Shown here: one piece after another, positions 61,751 through 64,000 of the stretch
Layout: the number at the start of each line of letters is the position of its first letter
Position numbering within the stretch: position 1 is the stretch's first letter
Assembly: GCA_964016885.1 (NCBI GenBank)
Contig: OZ024744.1
Coordinates: 3,038,001 to 3,102,000 of the forward strand
Direction of reading: 5' to 3'
Length of the DNA stretch: 64,000 bases
DNA from: Eledone cirrhosa
Lineage: Eukaryota
Translations under genes and position numbers: made by a program
Notes under the pieces: generated by a model
Told to the model about the DNA's origin: nothing
Seen by the model: only the letters and a program-made list of their open reading frames with translations
The model's database searches: none

Positions 61751-64000
61751 AAAGATAGCTTGGTGAAGAACGAAGTTTTGGGGGAAGACAAGGTAGAGAA
61801 AGATAGCTTGGTGAAGAACGAAGTTTTGGGGGAAGACAAGGTAGAGAACGATAGCTTGGTGAAGAACGAAGTTTTGAGGGAAGACAAGGTAGAGAAAGAT
61901 AGCTTGGTGAAGAACGACGTTTTGGGGGAAGACAAGGTAGAAAAAGATAGCTTGGTGAAGAACAACGTTTTGGGGGAAGACAAGGTAGAGAAAGATAGCT
62001 TGGTGAATAACGAAGTTTTGGGAGAAGACAAGGTCGAGAAAGATAGCTTGGTGAAGAACGAAATTTTGAGGGAAGACAAGGTAGAGAAAGATAGCTTGGT
62101 GAAGAACGACGTTTTGGTGGAAGACAAGGTAGAGAAAGATAGCTTGGTGAAGAACGATATTTTGGGGAAGACAATGTAGAGAAAGATAGCTTGGTGAAGA
62201 ACGAAGTTTTGGGGGAAGACAAGGTAGAGAAAGATAGCTTGGTGAAGAACGAAGTTTTGAGGGAAGACAAGGTAGAGAAAGATAGCTTGGTGAATAACGA
62301 AGTTTTGGGAGAAGACAAGGTAGAGAAAGATAGTTGGTGAAGAACGAAGTTTTGAGGGAAGACAAGGTAGAGAAAGATAGCTTGGTGAAGAACGACGTTT
62401 TGAGGGAAGACAAGGTAGATAAAGATAGCTTGGTGAAGAACGACGTTTTGTGGGAAGACAAGGTAGAGAAAGATAGCTTGGTGAAGAACGAAGTTTTGGG
62501 GGAAGACAAGGTAGAGAAAGATAGCTTGGTGAATAACGAAGTTTTGGGGAAGACAATGTAGAGAAAGATAGCTTGGTGAAGAACGAAGTTTTGGGGGAAG
62601 ACAAGGTAGAGAAAGATAGCTTGGTGAAGCACGAAGTTTTGAGGGAAGACAGGATAGAGAAAGATAGCTTGGTGAATAACGAAGTTTTGGGAGAAGACAA
62701 GGTAGAGAAAGATAGCTTGGTGAAGAACGACGTTTTGAGGGAAGACAAGGTAGAGAAAGATAGCTTGGTGAAGAACGAAGTTTTGGGGAAGACAATGTAG
62801 AGAAAGATAGCTTGGTGAAGAACGAAGTTTTGGGGGAAGACAAGGTAGAGAAAGATAGCTTGGTGAAGAACGAAGATTTGAGGGAAGACAAGGTAGAGAA
62901 AGATAGCTTGGTGAAGAACGAAGTTTTGGTAGAAGACAAGGTAGAGAAAGATAGTTGGTGAAGAACGAAGTTTTGAAGGAAGACAAGGCAGAGAAAGATA
63001 GCTTGGTGAAGAACGAAGTTTTGAGGGAAGACAAGGTAGAGAAAGATAGCTTGGTGAAGAACGACGTTTTGTGGGAAGACAAGGTAGAGAAACATAGCTT
63101 GGTGAAGAACGAAGTTTTGGGGGAAGACAAGGTAGAGAAAGATAGCTTGGTGAAGAACGAAGTTTTGGGGGAAGACAAGGTAGAGAAAGATAGCTTGGTG
63201 AAGAACGAAGTTTTGAGGGAAGACAAGGTAGAGAAAGATAGCTTGGTGAATAACGAAGTTTTGGGAGAAGACAAGGTGGAGAAAGATAGCTTGGTGAAGA
63301 ACGAAGTTTTGAGGGAAGACAAAGTAGAGAAAGATAGCTTGGTGAAGAACGACGTTTTGTGTGAAGACAAGGTAGAGAAAGATAGCTTGGTGAAGAACGA
63401 AGTTTTGGGGGAAGACAAGGTAGAGAAAGATAGCTTGGTGAAGAACGAAGTTTTGAGGGGCGACAAAGTAGAGAAGGATAGCTTGGTGAAGAACGAAGTT
63501 TTGGGGGAAGACAAGGTAGAGAAAGATAGCTTGATGAAGAAAGAAGTTTTGGGGGAAGACAAGGTAGAGAAAGATAGCTTGGTGAAGAACGAAGTTTTGA
63601 GGGAAGACAAGGTAGAGAAAGATAGCTTGGTGAAGAACGAAGTTTTGGGGGAAGACAAGGTAGAGAAAGATAGCTTGGTGAATAACAAAGTTTTGGGAGA
63701 AGACAAGGTCGAGAAAGATAGCTTGGTGAAGAACGAAGTTTTGAGGGTAGACAAGGTAGAGAAAGATAGCTTGGTGAAGAACGACGTTTTGAGGGAAGAC
63801 AAGATAGAGAAAGATAGCTTGGTGAAGAACGACGTTTTGTGGGAAGACAAGGTAGAGAAAGATAGCTTGGTGAAGAACGAAGTTTTGTGGGAAGACAAGG
63901 TAGAGAAAGATAGCTTGGTGAAGAACGAAGTTTTGGGGGAAGACAAGGTAGAAAAAGATAGCTTGGTGAAGAACGAAGTTTTGGGGGAAGACAAGGTAGA

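Larger units (their letters stand above)
1..64000. repeat. 48-bp tandem satellite DNA array, ~1,340 head-to-tail monomers (48-bp plus 47-bp deletion variants), extending beyond both window edges
   Basis: Positions 1-48 and 49-96 are consecutive copies, and the same unit continues to 64000 without interruption or inversion. Consensus GTAGAGAAAGATAGCTTGGTGAAGAACGAAGTTTTGGGGGAAGACAAG (A18 G18 T9 C3). Most monomers differ from consensus at only a few positions. Copy number is estimated as 64000/~47.8. Confidence 0.99.

Noticed and set aside
16-62800. Numerous short + strand ORFs (VKNEVLGEDKVEKDSL repeats) as a gene family or repetitive antigen gene
   Set aside because: Their boundaries are simply the intervals between 1-bp deletions. 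Starts are mostly the monomer's TTG, and there is no unique N- or C-terminus, signal peptide or intergenic sequence.
4059-63994. Giant - strand ORFs (up to 8369 aa) as real genes
   Set aside because: They overlap in all three frames, consist only of three alternating 16-aa repeats, start mostly at TTG codons internal to the monomer, and have no domain or unique sequence. They are explained by the absence of stops in the reverse-complement monomer.
1-64000. CRISPR array (constant half as repeat, variable half as spacer)
   Set aside because: The variable halves are near-identical variants of one sequence rather than unique spacers, and there is no leader or cas gene.
1-64000. Indels as sequencing homopolymer errors
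   Set aside because: The deletions are linked to specific SNPs and recur at identical positions in duplicated blocks. Only isolated singletons (e.g. ~41412, ~52481) could be errors.

Overview
The whole 64,000-bp window is one uninterrupted head-to-tail tandem array (satellite DNA) of a 48-bp monomer, consensus GTAGAGAAAGATAGCTTGGTGAAGAACGAAGTTTTGGGGGAAGACAAG. There are roughly 1,340 copies, all in one orientation, and the array runs off both ends. I see no unique sequence, transposon, RNA gene or credible protein-coding gene. All ORFs in the track are by-products of the monomer: one + frame reads VEKDSLVKNEVLGEDK but is broken every few monomers by 1-bp deletions, and the - strand consensus has no stop codon in any frame. 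The information lies in the array's internal organisation: a small set of monomer variants with linked SNPs and indels, ordered into recurring multi-monomer 'words', which build nested duplications (offsets 334, 908, 1052, 1243, 1482, ~1960-2100, 4057, 4494, 6166 and ~11,100 bp). Variants appear layered, with younger, more homogeneous blocks in the centre and more diverged monomers at the right end. This resembles a eukaryotic centromeric, pericentromeric or subtelomeric satellite with irregular higher-order repeats. I do not recognise the family or organism, and function cannot be established from this window alone.
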